From NCBI GenBank assembly GCA_963697355.1, contig CAVONV010000023.1, positions 1,459,780-1,523,779 of the forward strand: DNA of 64,000 bases, given 5' to 3'. The stretch is from an uncultured Acidobacteriota bacterium. Its GTDB lineage: Bacteria; Acidobacteriota; Vicinamibacteria; Marinacidobacterales; DATDRI01. Shown piece by piece: positions 46,218-55,623 of the stretch; the stretch's first letter is position 1; every line of letters begins with the position of its first letter. The notes under the pieces were generated by a model that saw nothing but the letters and a program-made list of their open reading frames with translations, had not been told where the DNA came from and ran no database searches. The position numbers and the translations under genes are program-made.

Positions 46218-46985
46218 ATGGACGAATCTAATTCCTTTCAGCCGTCGGCGCCGTCGGACGGAACGCCTCCAGCTCCACCGGGTCCTCCCGCTAACCCACC
46301 TCAACCTGGGTCCAGTGTGGACTTTGGACGCTCACTGAGTTTCTTCTTTCAGGACCCGGATTGGGTAAAGAAAATTCTGCTGGGATCTTTGTTCTCCTTG
46401 CTGGCGATATTCATCGTCGGCTCTTTCTTCGTTGCCGGCTATATGGTGCGACTCATCCGCCGCTCAGCTCGCGGAGAAGCCTATCCACTGCCAGAGTGGG
46501 ACGATTTGGGAGGCATCTTCGTGGATGGTGCCATGGCCGTTGGAGCCTATTTCGTTTACGTGATGCCGATCATCCTCCTCTATGTTGTTGGGGCGCTGGG
46601 TCTCGGCATTGGTTTGGGCGGTGATGATCCTTCGATCGCCGTGAGCGTCTTATTGGCGGTTCTAGTCCTCTTCTTTGCCCTGTTGATGCTCTGTGTTGTC
46701 TTCTACTTCCCTGCAGCCTTGATCCGGCTCGCGCTCACGGGCAACTTTGGGGCGGCTTTTGAGGTCCGACCGAATTGGGAGTTCATCCGACGAAACATCG
46801 GCAACTACTTGCTCGCCTTTCTCATCGTCTTCTTGGCGAATCTCATCTCTCAGTTTGGAATTCTCCTGTTTTGCATAGGGATCATTCCGGCGAGCTTTTG
46901 GGCGACGTCGGTAAGCGCCTTCGCTTTGGGAGAAGTTGCCCTGCGCGACCGCTCTGGGCAGCTGCCGACCGCGCCTGCGCCTTGA
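46218..46985 (+). CDS. DUF4013-family integral membrane protein
   Basis: Pro-rich N-terminus, then FFQDPDWVKKILLGSLFSLLAIFIVGSFFVAGYMVRLIR typical of DUF4013. Confidence 0.7.
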   Translation: MDESNSFQPSAPSDGTPPAPPGPPANPPQPGSSVDFGRSLSFFFQDPDWVKKILLGSLFSLLAIFIVGSFFVAGYMVRLIRRSARGEAYPLPEWDDLGGIFVDGAMAVGAYFVYVMPIILLYVVGALGLGIGLGGDDPSIAVSVLLAVLVLFFALLMLCVVFYFPAALIRLALTGNFGAAFEVRPNWEFIRRNIGNYLLAFLIVFLANLISQFGILLFCIGIIPASFWATSVSAFALGEVALRDRSGQLPTAPAP

Positions 46986-46992
46986 GGCAAAC

Positions 46993-47865
46993 ATGTGGAA
47001 ACCGAGATTCCGTTTTACCACGCATGGGTTGTTGTTGATATTTGTCGCGGCTTGCGCCTCGACCGGAGGGCCTCGGCTACCGGAAGATGAGAGGCCGGCG
47101 ATCCGCCAGACGCACGAACTGCTGAACAGTGTGCTTTGGACACAAACTGCGGCCGAGTTCAAAATCTTGGCTAAGCAGAGCTACCTGAGGGCGCAAGAAG
47201 CTCTAGAGAAAGCATTGAAGGATCCCTCTTGGACGGCCGCGCTCGAGCAGGAGGGTCGATTCGACATGCGCCCGCCGGCGGTGATTCTCGATGTCGATGA
47301 GACCGTTTTGGACAACTCGCCCTATGAGGCGCGACTCATCCTACGTGGAGCCGTGTTTAGCACGGATACTTGGCATCAGTGGTGCGAAGAAGCCCGCGCG
47401 CCGGCGATACCGGGAGCACTCGAGTTCACCCGCTACGCCGCCGGCAAAGGGGTGACGGTCTTCTACGTGACCAACCGGCGCCACGAAGTGGAAGAAGCTA
47501 CCCGGACAAACCTCGAGATGTTGGGTTTTCCTCTCGACACGAAGCGCGACACACTTCTTACGCGAGGGGAAAGGCCGGAATGGGACAAGTCTGATAAGAC
47601 GCCGCGCCGGAAGGAAGTCGCCTCAGGGTACCGAGTGCTGCTTCTCGTCGGCGACAACATGGGAGACTTCGTACCCATCGGGCAAGCCTCCGTCGAGGAA
47701 AGAGCAAGATGGATCGATGAGTACTCGGATTACTGGGGGACACGCTGGATTATGCTTCCGAACCCACAATACGGCTCCTGGGAAGGAGCTTTACTGGGCT
47801 TCGAGTCTGGACTTGCGGATGAAGAGAAGCTTCGCATCAAGCATGAGAAGCTGGTGACGAAGTAG
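46993..47865 (+). CDS. Lipoprotein e(P4)-type class C acid phosphatase / 5'-nucleotidase (HAD)
   Basis: Lipobox FVAAC. DVDETVLDN and GDNMGDF HAD motifs. Confidence 0.85.
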   Translation: MWKPRFRFTTHGLLLIFVAACASTGGPRLPEDERPAIRQTHELLNSVLWTQTAAEFKILAKQSYLRAQEALEKALKDPSWTAALEQEGRFDMRPPAVILDVDETVLDNSPYEARLILRGAVFSTDTWHQWCEEARAPAIPGALEFTRYAAGKGVTVFYVTNRRHEVEEATRTNLEMLGFPLDTKRDTLLTRGERPEWDKSDKTPRRKEVASGYRVLLLVGDNMGDFVPIGQASVEERARWIDEYSDYWGTRWIMLPNPQYGSWEGALLGFESGLADEEKLRIKHEKLVTK

Positions 47866-47959
47866 ATGTCCAGTCAAACCAGAGATTTTGGCTGTCCATT
47901 CCCTTCCTTGCTAATATAGAACGTCAGCGCAACATTATTGGATCGGAGGATATCGGCAC

Positions 47960-48175
47960 ATGATGGTCTGCCCTTGCGAAGAAATTTCTGACGAACAAGT
48001 TCGAGAGCTCGTGCGGAACGGAGCGACGCGGATGGAGCAGATCGTGTCCGCATGTGCCGCCGGTGCCTATTGTGGGGCCTGTATTCCCGCTATCCTGCAG
48101 ATCCTCCGCCACGAGAAGCATTTGATGCAGCGTTCGGAAAAAAGAAGCCGTCCTACCAAGCAGCCGGCTTATTGA
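47960..48175 (+). CDS. bfd: Bfd-like [2Fe-2S]-binding domain protein
   Basis: MVCPCEEISDEQV...ACAAGAYCGAC carries the four-Cys BFD pattern. 71 aa. Confidence 0.75.
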   Translation: MMVCPCEEISDEQVRELVRNGATRMEQIVSACAAGAYCGACIPAILQILRHEKHLMQRSEKRSRPTKQPAY

Positions 48176-49269
48176 TCGGCTGTAGCAGCCTCGATGATTT
48201 TCAAAGCCAACTCGAGCCGGTCTCCGGCGTTTTGAACGTTGCACATGATGGCAACGGCCAGCTTACTCTCCGGTTGCCTCAGGAGAAAGGTGCTGCCTCC
48301 CGTGGCTCCGCCCCCGTGATTGATCCATCTCCGGCCTTGGTCGTCTTTGTAGATCGACCACCCAAGCCCGTAGTTCGTCTCATTGCCGTCGGCCAGTTTG
48401 AAGGGCGTGTACATCTCCTCCAACGTCTCGGGTTGGAGGAGCTTGCCCGTGTTCAAGGCAATATGGAAGCGCGCCAAATCTTCCGCGGTAGAAATGATGC
48501 CACCACCAGCCCACTTGATGCTGAGGTCGGCAAACGGGGCGTTCTCGACCGCTCCATTGGGACCCGCCTTGACATATTGCCGCGCCCGGTGGGGCACGAT
48601 CTCACCTTGATGCTCGAGACGTGTCACGGTCATACCCGCCGGTCCCCAGACGTGTTCCTTCATATAGGCCTCGAATGTGAGTCCCGAGGCCGCCTCCACG
48701 ACGCCGGCCAAGAGGTTGTAGGCATAGCTCGAGTAACTGTATAGAGTTCCCGGCGTGAAAAGCAGCGGGTCGTCTTTGAAGATTTCGATGGCTTCTTCCA
48801 CCGAATAGAAGTGGTCTTTCATATCCATCTCCCCGGGTTTGTAGTGGCGGACACCCGAGGTATGAGACATGACGTTTCGGACCGCGATCTCGAGAGGTTT
48901 TTGGGGAAAGTAGGATACGTATTTCTGAATGGGGTCGTCGATGTCGACACGCCCCTGCTCGACAAGCTGCATGACGGCCGTGGCCGCCATCGGTTTGGAT
49001 ATGGAGGCAATGCGGTAGACGGTATTCGCTTGCGCAGGGACTTGGTTCTCTACATCAGCGAGCCCGAAACCCTTGGCCCAAACCAACTCGTCGTTCATCA
49101 CCAGTGCCACGGAAATGGCTGGTGTCCCGAACTCCTCCTTGGCTTCCAAAACGATTTGCTCCACTTTGGCGAACGAATCCTTGTCTTTGGCTTGGGCAAC
49201 ACTTGTCAGCAGAAATACGAACAGCAAGGTGAGTGACATCGTCAGTAGCGAACCACCCTTAATTCTCAT
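48169..49269 (-). CDS. Secreted serine hydrolase (class C beta-lactamase / transpeptidase-like)
   Basis: Signal peptide. SxxK motif in YRIASISKPMAA. Y.N-like YSSYAYNLL. Confidence 0.85.
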   Translation of the reverse strand: MRIKGGSLLTMSLTLLFVFLLTSVAQAKDKDSFAKVEQIVLEAKEEFGTPAISVALVMNDELVWAKGFGLADVENQVPAQANTVYRIASISKPMAATAVMQLVEQGRVDIDDPIQKYVSYFPQKPLEIAVRNVMSHTSGVRHYKPGEMDMKDHFYSVEEAIEIFKDDPLLFTPGTLYSYSSYAYNLLAGVVEAASGLTFEAYMKEHVWGPAGMTVTRLEHQGEIVPHRARQYVKAGPNGAVENAPFADLSIKWAGGGIISTAEDLARFHIALNTGKLLQPETLEEMYTPFKLADGNETNYGLGWSIYKDDQGRRWINHGGGATGGSTFLLRQPESKLAVAIMCNVQNAGDRLELALKIIEAATADQ

Positions 49270-50362
49270 TCGTCACCTCTTTCCAGACTCGCATGAAGTT
49301 ACCACCCATCACTTTTCCCACTTCCTCATCGCTATAGCCGTGGTCGAGCAGCGCTTCGGCAATGGCTAGAAAATTGGCTTCTTCTCCGAAGCCTTCCGTG
49401 TAGCTACTCATTCCTCGTAGGTCGCTGCCGATGGAGGCGTGATCGACGCCCACGAGCTGCTTGACGTGGTCGATGTGCTCGACCAAATCCGCCATCTTGG
49501 GGAGGGTGTCGCCACTTGGCCAAATGCCGATGAGACCCCCTTTCGCTGAGATAGCCCTAATCTCGCCGTCCGTCAGATGCCGGTCGCCTTCCTCGAGAGC
49601 GTTGCACTCCGTGTGGCTGAACAGCACGGGATGTGTCGATATGGCGAGTGTATCCATAATGGTCTGGGTGTTGGCGTGGGCCAGATCGATCAAGATTCCG
49701 AGCCGATTGCATGCCTTGACGGCTTCTTCGCCGAACTCCGTCAAGCCGCCGGGAGAGTAAGGGTAAGTTTGGATGTGCCCGAGTGCGTTGGCACGAAAGT
49801 GAACGGGCTGTAGGAGACGGAGGCCCTTGTCATAGAGCTTTTCCAGATTGTCGATACGGGCTTCCAGTCCGTCGCCGCCTTCGAGTGCAGGTAGCAATGT
49901 GAGCTTTCCCTGCTTTCTGGCTTCGAGAACCGCCGAGGGGCTGGCGGCGAGCGCCGCGTCGCCATCTTCGATGTTTTTCATGATGCGGTCGAACCGGTCA
50001 AGGGTGAAGGCGAAAGGCTCGCCGGGCTTCGGACGATGTCCGTCTTTACGGCCGATACGGTTGCCGCCTTCGATCCTCGTTCCGTCGCGCTCGATGTAAT
50101 TGCCGGTGTAGATAGCGTCGGTGCTGACGCAGCAGACGACGACATCGATGAGCGAGCGTTGGTAGCGTGCGATCTCCTCCAGATCGATCTTTGGTACGTT
50201 GGCACGGTGAAAACGACTCGGATGTGAATGCGTATCGGCAAAAACAAACTGTTCGTGTATCTTCTCGATCCTCTTGGAGACATCCGTCCTCGCAGCCCAC
50301 CCGACAACAGATATGACGGCAAGGGTGACGAAAAAAGGAATCAACGCTCTTTTCGATGACAT
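49259..50362 (-). CDS. Membrane dipeptidase (peptidase M19)
   Basis: FADTHSHP, DLAHAN and FSHT metal-ligand contexts. N-terminal anchor. Confidence 0.8.
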   Translation of the reverse strand: MSSKRALIPFFVTLAVISVVGWAARTDVSKRIEKIHEQFVFADTHSHPSRFHRANVPKIDLEEIARYQRSLIDVVVCCVSTDAIYTGNYIERDGTRIEGGNRIGRKDGHRPKPGEPFAFTLDRFDRIMKNIEDGDAALAASPSAVLEARKQGKLTLLPALEGGDGLEARIDNLEKLYDKGLRLLQPVHFRANALGHIQTYPYSPGGLTEFGEEAVKACNRLGILIDLAHANTQTIMDTLAISTHPVLFSHTECNALEEGDRHLTDGEIRAISAKGGLIGIWPSGDTLPKMADLVEHIDHVKQLVGVDHASIGSDLRGMSSYTEGFGEEANFLAIAEALLDHGYSDEEVGKVMGGNFMRVWKEVTNEN

Positions 50363-50377
50363 TTGACTGTCTCCTCC

Positions 50378-50433
50378 TTGTTCTTGAATTCTCGAGTTCT
50401 TGAGTTCTTGAGTTCTTGAGTTCTTGAGTTCTA
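50378..50433. repeat. Octamer-array locus 6 (TTGAATTCTCGAGTTCTT(GAGTTCTT)x3 GAGTTCTAG)
   Basis: Direct reading. The last unit contains the CapA stop codon (50431-50433). Confidence 0.9.
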
Positions 50434-51798
50434 GTTTGTGGCCTTCGCCCCCAAGCTCACCACTCCGATCCCGTCCCGGAAAGTGATTTCCGTCCCGAAT
50501 GGCTTGGACAATCGCTGCAAATCTCCAATGATCTTTTCCGCCAATTCGCCGGTCGCAAGCATCGGGCGGCCACGAACCGTGGAGGGTTTGCCGTATCCGA
50601 GCGTGATGGGATGAAGCTCGACGGCGGAAAGCTCACCGTCTCTGAACTTCGGCATGGCGATGACGGACTCCCAGATCTCCGGTGTCGCGGGGAATCCACT
50701 GCGGTCGTTGTCATAGCGGGCGGCGTTGAAGTCGGACCCGTGGGTATTGGGGCCCAAACCGTATCGCTCATAATTCTCATGGGGCAAACGAAGGACGGTC
50801 TCGTTTTGAAACATGAAATCGCCCAGGCTGTAGAAGACGGGTTTCCCTTTGTAGATCTCGATGCCGCGCAGGACGTGAGGTCCGTGGCCGAGTACGACAT
50901 CTGCGCCTGCGTCGACCATCGCCTTTGAGAACTCCACGAGGAAATCAGCAGGGATGTCTCGGCTGCCTTTGCTTTCGTGCCCGTGGACGGCCACGATGGT
51001 GTAGTCGGCAAGACCGGCAGCGTTTCTTACGACGGCCGTAATCTCTTCGACATCTTCGCCATTGGCCTTCATTCGCACCTCGGGTTTGTCCCCGACAACG
51101 AAACGATTGCGGAGGACGGTAAGCTCATCGCCGGATTCGGGGACTCTTTGTCCCAGTCCCTTCAACATGTCACGAAGGGTCTCGAGTTGCTCCCGGGTGA
51201 CCACATAGGTCGTGTCGTAGCGTAGAGGATTCAAACCGGGTCTCGCCGGTATGTCACCTCGGGACTTGCCGGCTCGGGCGTGATCGGGAAACGTCGAAGC
51301 GACGGAGATCAAGGCGACCCTTCCTTCGGCGGCCTCCAGGAACTTGGCTTCTCGGGCTTGCATGAGGCTATCGCCGGTTCCGGCCGCAACGATACCAGCT
51401 TCCCGAACGTGCCGCATGGTCAACTGCATGGCCGGGACCCCGTAGTCCCCCGTGTGGTTGTTCGCGAGTGAACCGATGTCGAAGCCCGCCCACGCCAGTT
51501 CTTTCGCAAGCTCTGGCTCGGCACGCATGTACGTGCCGCCACTCTCGTTCATCGGATAGGACTCGTAGTCGTGGAACAACATCTCGATGTTGGTGAAGGC
51601 GACGTCTGCCGTTCGAATGAGCTTGATCATCTCGAGGAATTCGGTTTCCTCATAGACGGATAGCTTTCGGGTAATGATCGAATCACCCGTAAGCGCCATC
51701 GTGAGTGTGTCGTCGGATGCGGTCGATTGGGCGTAACTTGGGAAGCTCGCGAACAAGGCTCCAACGACCAGCAGGACAACAAGGCTCGGTGTTCTCAT
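50431..51798 (-). CDS. CapA-family (PGA_cap metallophosphatase-like) protein
   Basis: Signal peptide MRTPSLVVLLVVGALFASFPSYA after GGAGG. LTGDSI...NHTGDYG...VAVHGHE motifs. Confidence 0.8.
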   Translation of the reverse strand: MRTPSLVVLLVVGALFASFPSYAQSTASDDTLTMALTGDSIITRKLSVYEETEFLEMIKLIRTADVAFTNIEMLFHDYESYPMNESGGTYMRAEPELAKELAWAGFDIGSLANNHTGDYGVPAMQLTMRHVREAGIVAAGTGDSLMQAREAKFLEAAEGRVALISVASTFPDHARAGKSRGDIPARPGLNPLRYDTTYVVTREQLETLRDMLKGLGQRVPESGDELTVLRNRFVVGDKPEVRMKANGEDVEEITAVVRNAAGLADYTIVAVHGHESKGSRDIPADFLVEFSKAMVDAGADVVLGHGPHVLRGIEIYKGKPVFYSLGDFMFQNETVLRLPHENYERYGLGPNTHGSDFNAARYDNDRSGFPATPEIWESVIAMPKFRDGELSAVELHPITLGYGKPSTVRGRPMLATGELAEKIIGDLQRLSKPFGTEITFRDGIGVVSLGAKATN

Positions 51799-52031
51799 GG
51801 TTACCTCCGCGTCAATCTGAGACAGCATTCAGTGTCGTCACGAGACTCGAGGAAATACTATATCCGGTGAGCGGGTTCGCTGCAAATTGATAACAGAGAT
51901 GGGTTTAGCCAGCAGATTGCAATGTCCCGAGACTGTTGCCTCCGTCTCTGGCTGGACGAGAGGTTTGCCTATGCCAAGTACCTGGACGTCTTGAAGGACG
52001 CGGTCTGAATCCTCAAAAACTGACCCCAAAT

Positions 52032-54176
52032 CTATTTCTGCGGAGTCGACGGATTTTTCAGTTGTCCCATGAGGGTCTTGATCTGCTCTTGATTGGGGTC
52101 GAGCTCTAAAGAGCGTTCGAGGTAATGAATGGCTTTATCGGAATTGCCTTGTTGTGCGTAAGACACGGCCAGGGCGTTGAAGAGTGACGTATCCGGCGGG
52201 CGCAGGATGAGCGCTGCTTCGTAGAGCTCGGCGGCACGTTGGAAGTTCTTCACCTCGAAGTGGGCGTCACCCAAAGTCAAAAGGACCGGCACGCTCTCTC
52301 TATTCTGGGCGTAGGCGGGTTCGAGTAGTTTGATCGCTTCTACAGGACGTTTTTCGTCGAGCTGGTAGCGCGCCAAAACGACGCGAGGTGTCGTCAGATT
52401 GGGGTTGTCGTCGAGAGCCTCTTGATACAGTTCTCTAGCCTTGGCTGAATCGCCCAACTGAAGGTACTGCTCTGCCAAGGCGGCCTTGACGAGACCGACA
52501 TCTTCACCGTTGATACTCTCCCGCATCACCCACGGACGCGGGATCTCGGTTCGAGGGGTAACGTCGACGTCGGCCGTCGTGGTCTCGAGGGTCGTCCCGG
52601 AAGGATCGAGCAGCTCGGCGACCAGGCGGTAGTGACCTCCTGTGATTTCAACAAGGGGCATGCGTTCCACGATGGGTCTCCCCTCGTACTTCACCAAAGG
52701 TGATTGCTGTTGAGCGATCGTTCGAGGCGGGTCTTCCTGGTTCACGAGACGAAGTCGGAGTTGATGCTCCGGGCTCGCGTTGTCGATGGGAACAAAGGCT
52801 GTTAAGGCTTCTCCGATCACGAAGGCCCGCTTGGCATTGGGCTCGAGTCTGAGCGACCCGAACTGGTACGTCCGATAGGCGTTGGTTGCTTCCGAGTCCG
52901 ACATCTCACCGGTTCCGTAGAGGAGGATCGGTGCCCCGAGAAAAGGCGCCTCGGTTCGAGCCGGGACATGAAGCTCGGTCTCGAAAATGGTGTACTCGCT
53001 CCGTGCTTGATTCTTCAGCACGACGCGGAAGCGAAAGTCACCTTCTGCCAGTGGAAACATGTCCCGATAGGAAAACGGTCGACTGTAGACACCTTGGAAC
53101 TGGGACTCGGTAAGCCTTATGAAGGGCTCTTTTGTGAACTGGTAGATGGGCTTGTCTTCTTCGGGTGTCGTGACCTCACCCCTCAACTCGAAGCGGGTGT
53201 AATAGACGCCTGCGTCGGGATCCTTTGCGAGTGTCATATGTTGGGGCTCGATCTCGACACTGTAATGAACAAAGCTCGTTCCTCCGGGACCGGCGATGAC
53301 ATTGGCCACAGCGAAGTTCGGTACGTAATTGAAGATGTACTCGCTCTCCACGAGGCCACGGGCTTCGTCGGCCGCATCGAGATAGCTGATGTCCACCTTT
53401 TTGAAAGGGGACTCGTAGATGTCCGAGAGGAGAAGTTGGAAGTCGAGACTCGAAACGTCGGATTGGTGGAGCCCGGCAAAGGGCCCCTGATCGGCGCGCA
53501 TCGTAATGGTTGCGTGTGCCAGTTCGGGAGAGATCTGCTGGAGAAGGTCGTAAGCATCCCTTCGGGAGTTCTCCGGGTCGAGCGGTTGCGAAGGCATAAG
53601 GTCTTCGGGCTGATCGAGGACATGGTTGAAGAGTCGATAAGCACCCGCGTTGTTGTCTCTGAAGAATAGGAGGTAGAGCGGTGGCAGACTCTTCTCCTTG
53701 TTAGCCTGGTAAAACCACACTTCGGTGGGGTAGAGCCATCCCACGCTCAAGAACGTCTCGCGGTCGTCCGGTTCTCCAAGGATGATGGCCATCTTGCCCC
53801 GGTCGGTCATCCAACCCGGCACGGAGGACTCGCGGCCAAGGTACGTGTTGGCGTACTCGAGACGACGGTAGTGCTCCTCTTTGAACTCGTTCACGGGTGT
53901 CAGAGAATCGGGATCTCGCCGACGCCAAAAGGCCTGAATGAATGCCTCCCACTCCTCCACCGACTGAAGGTTGAGGAAAGCATCCTGCTCACGAGGCGTG
54001 ATGATATATGTGACTTCTTTTTCTAACCAGTCTCTGTATTTTTCCGGCATCCGCTCGAGCCGTTCATCCTTGGCCGCGCTGGTTGTCGCTGCGACAAGAC
54101 AAGACGCCACGAATAGAGCCACCAAGACTGTTTTACTACCCACGTTGATCGACCCTTGTTGTAACCCCATGAGCAT
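52032..54176 (-). CDS. GWxTD-domain protein with C-terminal TPR repeats
   Basis: FWRRRDP...VPGWMTDRGKMAIILGEPD matches the GWxTD domain. The last ~200 aa are TPR-like. Confidence 0.85.
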   Translation of the reverse strand: MLMGLQQGSINVGSKTVLVALFVASCLVAATTSAAKDERLERMPEKYRDWLEKEVTYIITPREQDAFLNLQSVEEWEAFIQAFWRRRDPDSLTPVNEFKEEHYRRLEYANTYLGRESSVPGWMTDRGKMAIILGEPDDRETFLSVGWLYPTEVWFYQANKEKSLPPLYLLFFRDNNAGAYRLFNHVLDQPEDLMPSQPLDPENSRRDAYDLLQQISPELAHATITMRADQGPFAGLHQSDVSSLDFQLLLSDIYESPFKKVDISYLDAADEARGLVESEYIFNYVPNFAVANVIAGPGGTSFVHYSVEIEPQHMTLAKDPDAGVYYTRFELRGEVTTPEEDKPIYQFTKEPFIRLTESQFQGVYSRPFSYRDMFPLAEGDFRFRVVLKNQARSEYTIFETELHVPARTEAPFLGAPILLYGTGEMSDSEATNAYRTYQFGSLRLEPNAKRAFVIGEALTAFVPIDNASPEHQLRLRLVNQEDPPRTIAQQQSPLVKYEGRPIVERMPLVEITGGHYRLVAELLDPSGTTLETTTADVDVTPRTEIPRPWVMRESINGEDVGLVKAALAEQYLQLGDSAKARELYQEALDDNPNLTTPRVVLARYQLDEKRPVEAIKLLEPAYAQNRESVPVLLTLGDAHFEVKNFQRAAELYEAALILRPPDTSLFNALAVSYAQQGNSDKAIHYLERSLELDPNQEQIKTLMGQLKNPSTPQK

Positions 54177-54280
54177 GTTCGTCTCCCTTTACAAACTCGT
54201 TGTATGCGATTTTACCACAACCAAGGAAAGTCAATGAATGGAACTATTTCCGGAGTGCGGTTCGCCGGTCTCATGTCTGC

Positions 54281-54335
54281 AATTCTTGAATTCCTGATTT
54301 CTTGAATTCTCGATTTCTTGAGTTCTTGAGTTCTT
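54281..54335. repeat. Octamer-array locus 7 (..GATTTCTTGAATTCTCGATTTCTTGAGTTCTTGAGTTCTT)
   Basis: Direct reading. Confidence 0.85.
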
Positions 54336-54337
54336 TC

Positions 54338-54799
54338 CTAAAACCTATAGAGACCCCAAAACATTAACTTGAGCATGATGCGGGAGCTCACATCGTAGCC
54401 TCCTTCGGCGCTCCAGAAGATCTCGTCTCCGTAGCTGATGCCGTCTTCTTCTTTCTTCGTGCGGAATTTGGTGCCGATGAGGCCGGTGATGTAAGCAGGA
54501 CGGGGCCAGAACGAATGGGGCAGCTCGCCTTTGACCTCGAAATCATACTGTCCTTCTCCGACGGGTATGATCTCGGCATCGTTGACGAACTCTCCAGTGG
54601 GGAACTTGACGCGTCCCCCGATGGTCGCGACGAGGGGACCACTGAGGATGTTGTAGCGCGCTCCGACGCGAACGTCACCGATGCCGTTGGACTGCCGATC
54701 GTCGGCCAGATCATTGAAAGCAATGCCAAAGAAGGGCAGATGGGCGTTGACTTCCAGCCTCTCTGTAAGTCCGTGCTCGAAGTCGAAGAAGAAACCCAT
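54338..54799 (-). pseudogene. C-terminal ~150 aa of an outer-membrane beta-barrel (N-terminal half missing)
   Basis: GFFFDFEHGLTERLEVNAHLPF...IMLKLMFWGLYRF has a barrel strand pattern and a terminal aromatic residue. The upstream part of the ORF is antisense to the DUF3179 remnant. Confidence 0.55.
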
Positions 54800-54829
54800 C
54801 GTGCGATTGTGGCCTCGCAGTCGATTTGC

Positions 54830-55444
54830 GGAGCGCTCCAAGGAACGACTCCTAAGTTGTTGCCCGTGGCGCAGATGAGCTGGCAGGCTTGGAAGGCACT
54901 CTACCTCGAGACGACCGTCGTCAGTCAGAATACGGGTTTCGACCGCAACTACGATCGGTATCCTTATGGTGACTACGGCGAAGTCAACACTAACGATCTC
55001 CTCTTTCCTCAAAGCACCGTCGATACCCGGCTTCCCATGAAGGATACGGTCCTTGGCATTAGAAACGAGGGGGCACCACGCGCTTGCTCCATGAGTTTGT
55101 TGAGCCGAGGGGACGGCAGAAGGGTCATCAATGACGACGTCAATGGGCTGCCCGTCGTCGTGGTTTACGACCGGGGGTCAGAAATGCTGTTGGCTTTCTC
55201 CCGCAAACCCAGCGATCCCACCATGGCGGAAGAGATGACGCTCAGCTTCGAGCTCGTCGACGAGGGGACGTTCCCCTTCAAACTGCGAGACCAAGAGACG
55301 GGCAGTCGTTGGAACTTGAAGGGCGAGGCTATCGAGGGAACTTTAGCCGGCGCCGAGCTCCAGCCTCTATTGGATTCCTTTGTTGCTTTTTGGTTTGCGT
55401 GGGCAGCTTTTAGTAGTGGAAGTGAGATTTTCGAAGCACAGTAA
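54830..55444 (+). pseudogene. C-terminal half of a DUF3179-family protein (N-terminal half missing)
   Basis: WQAWKALYLETTVVSQNTGFDRNYDRYPYGDY...DTRLPMKDTVLGI matches the distal DUF3179 pattern. The proximal HE..ND / CPLC region is absent. Confidence 0.55.
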
Positions 55445-55445
55445 G

Positions 55446-55485
55446 GAATTCAAGAAATCGGGAAATCAAGAAATTGAGAATTCGG
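55446..55485. repeat. Octamer-array locus 8, reverse orientation (GAATTCAAGAAATCGGGAAATCAAGAAATTGAGAATTC)
   Basis: Direct reading. Confidence 0.8.
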
Positions 55486-55623
55486 AAGGCGCAGCTTAAC
55501 TCACTGAAACCACCGATGCAGGGTCCATCATCGACGGCACTTGTCGCCCCGTGGGTATGGATAGCATACAATTCGCGACTCAACTCTTCTAATACTGACA
55601 AATAAATAGTAGGGACAGCCGAC

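Noticed and set aside
47866-47959. Fur box upstream of the bfd-like gene
   Set aside because: There is only a weak AT-rich resemblance (AACATTATTGG). No 19-bp palindrome of the GATAATGATAATCATTATC type is present.
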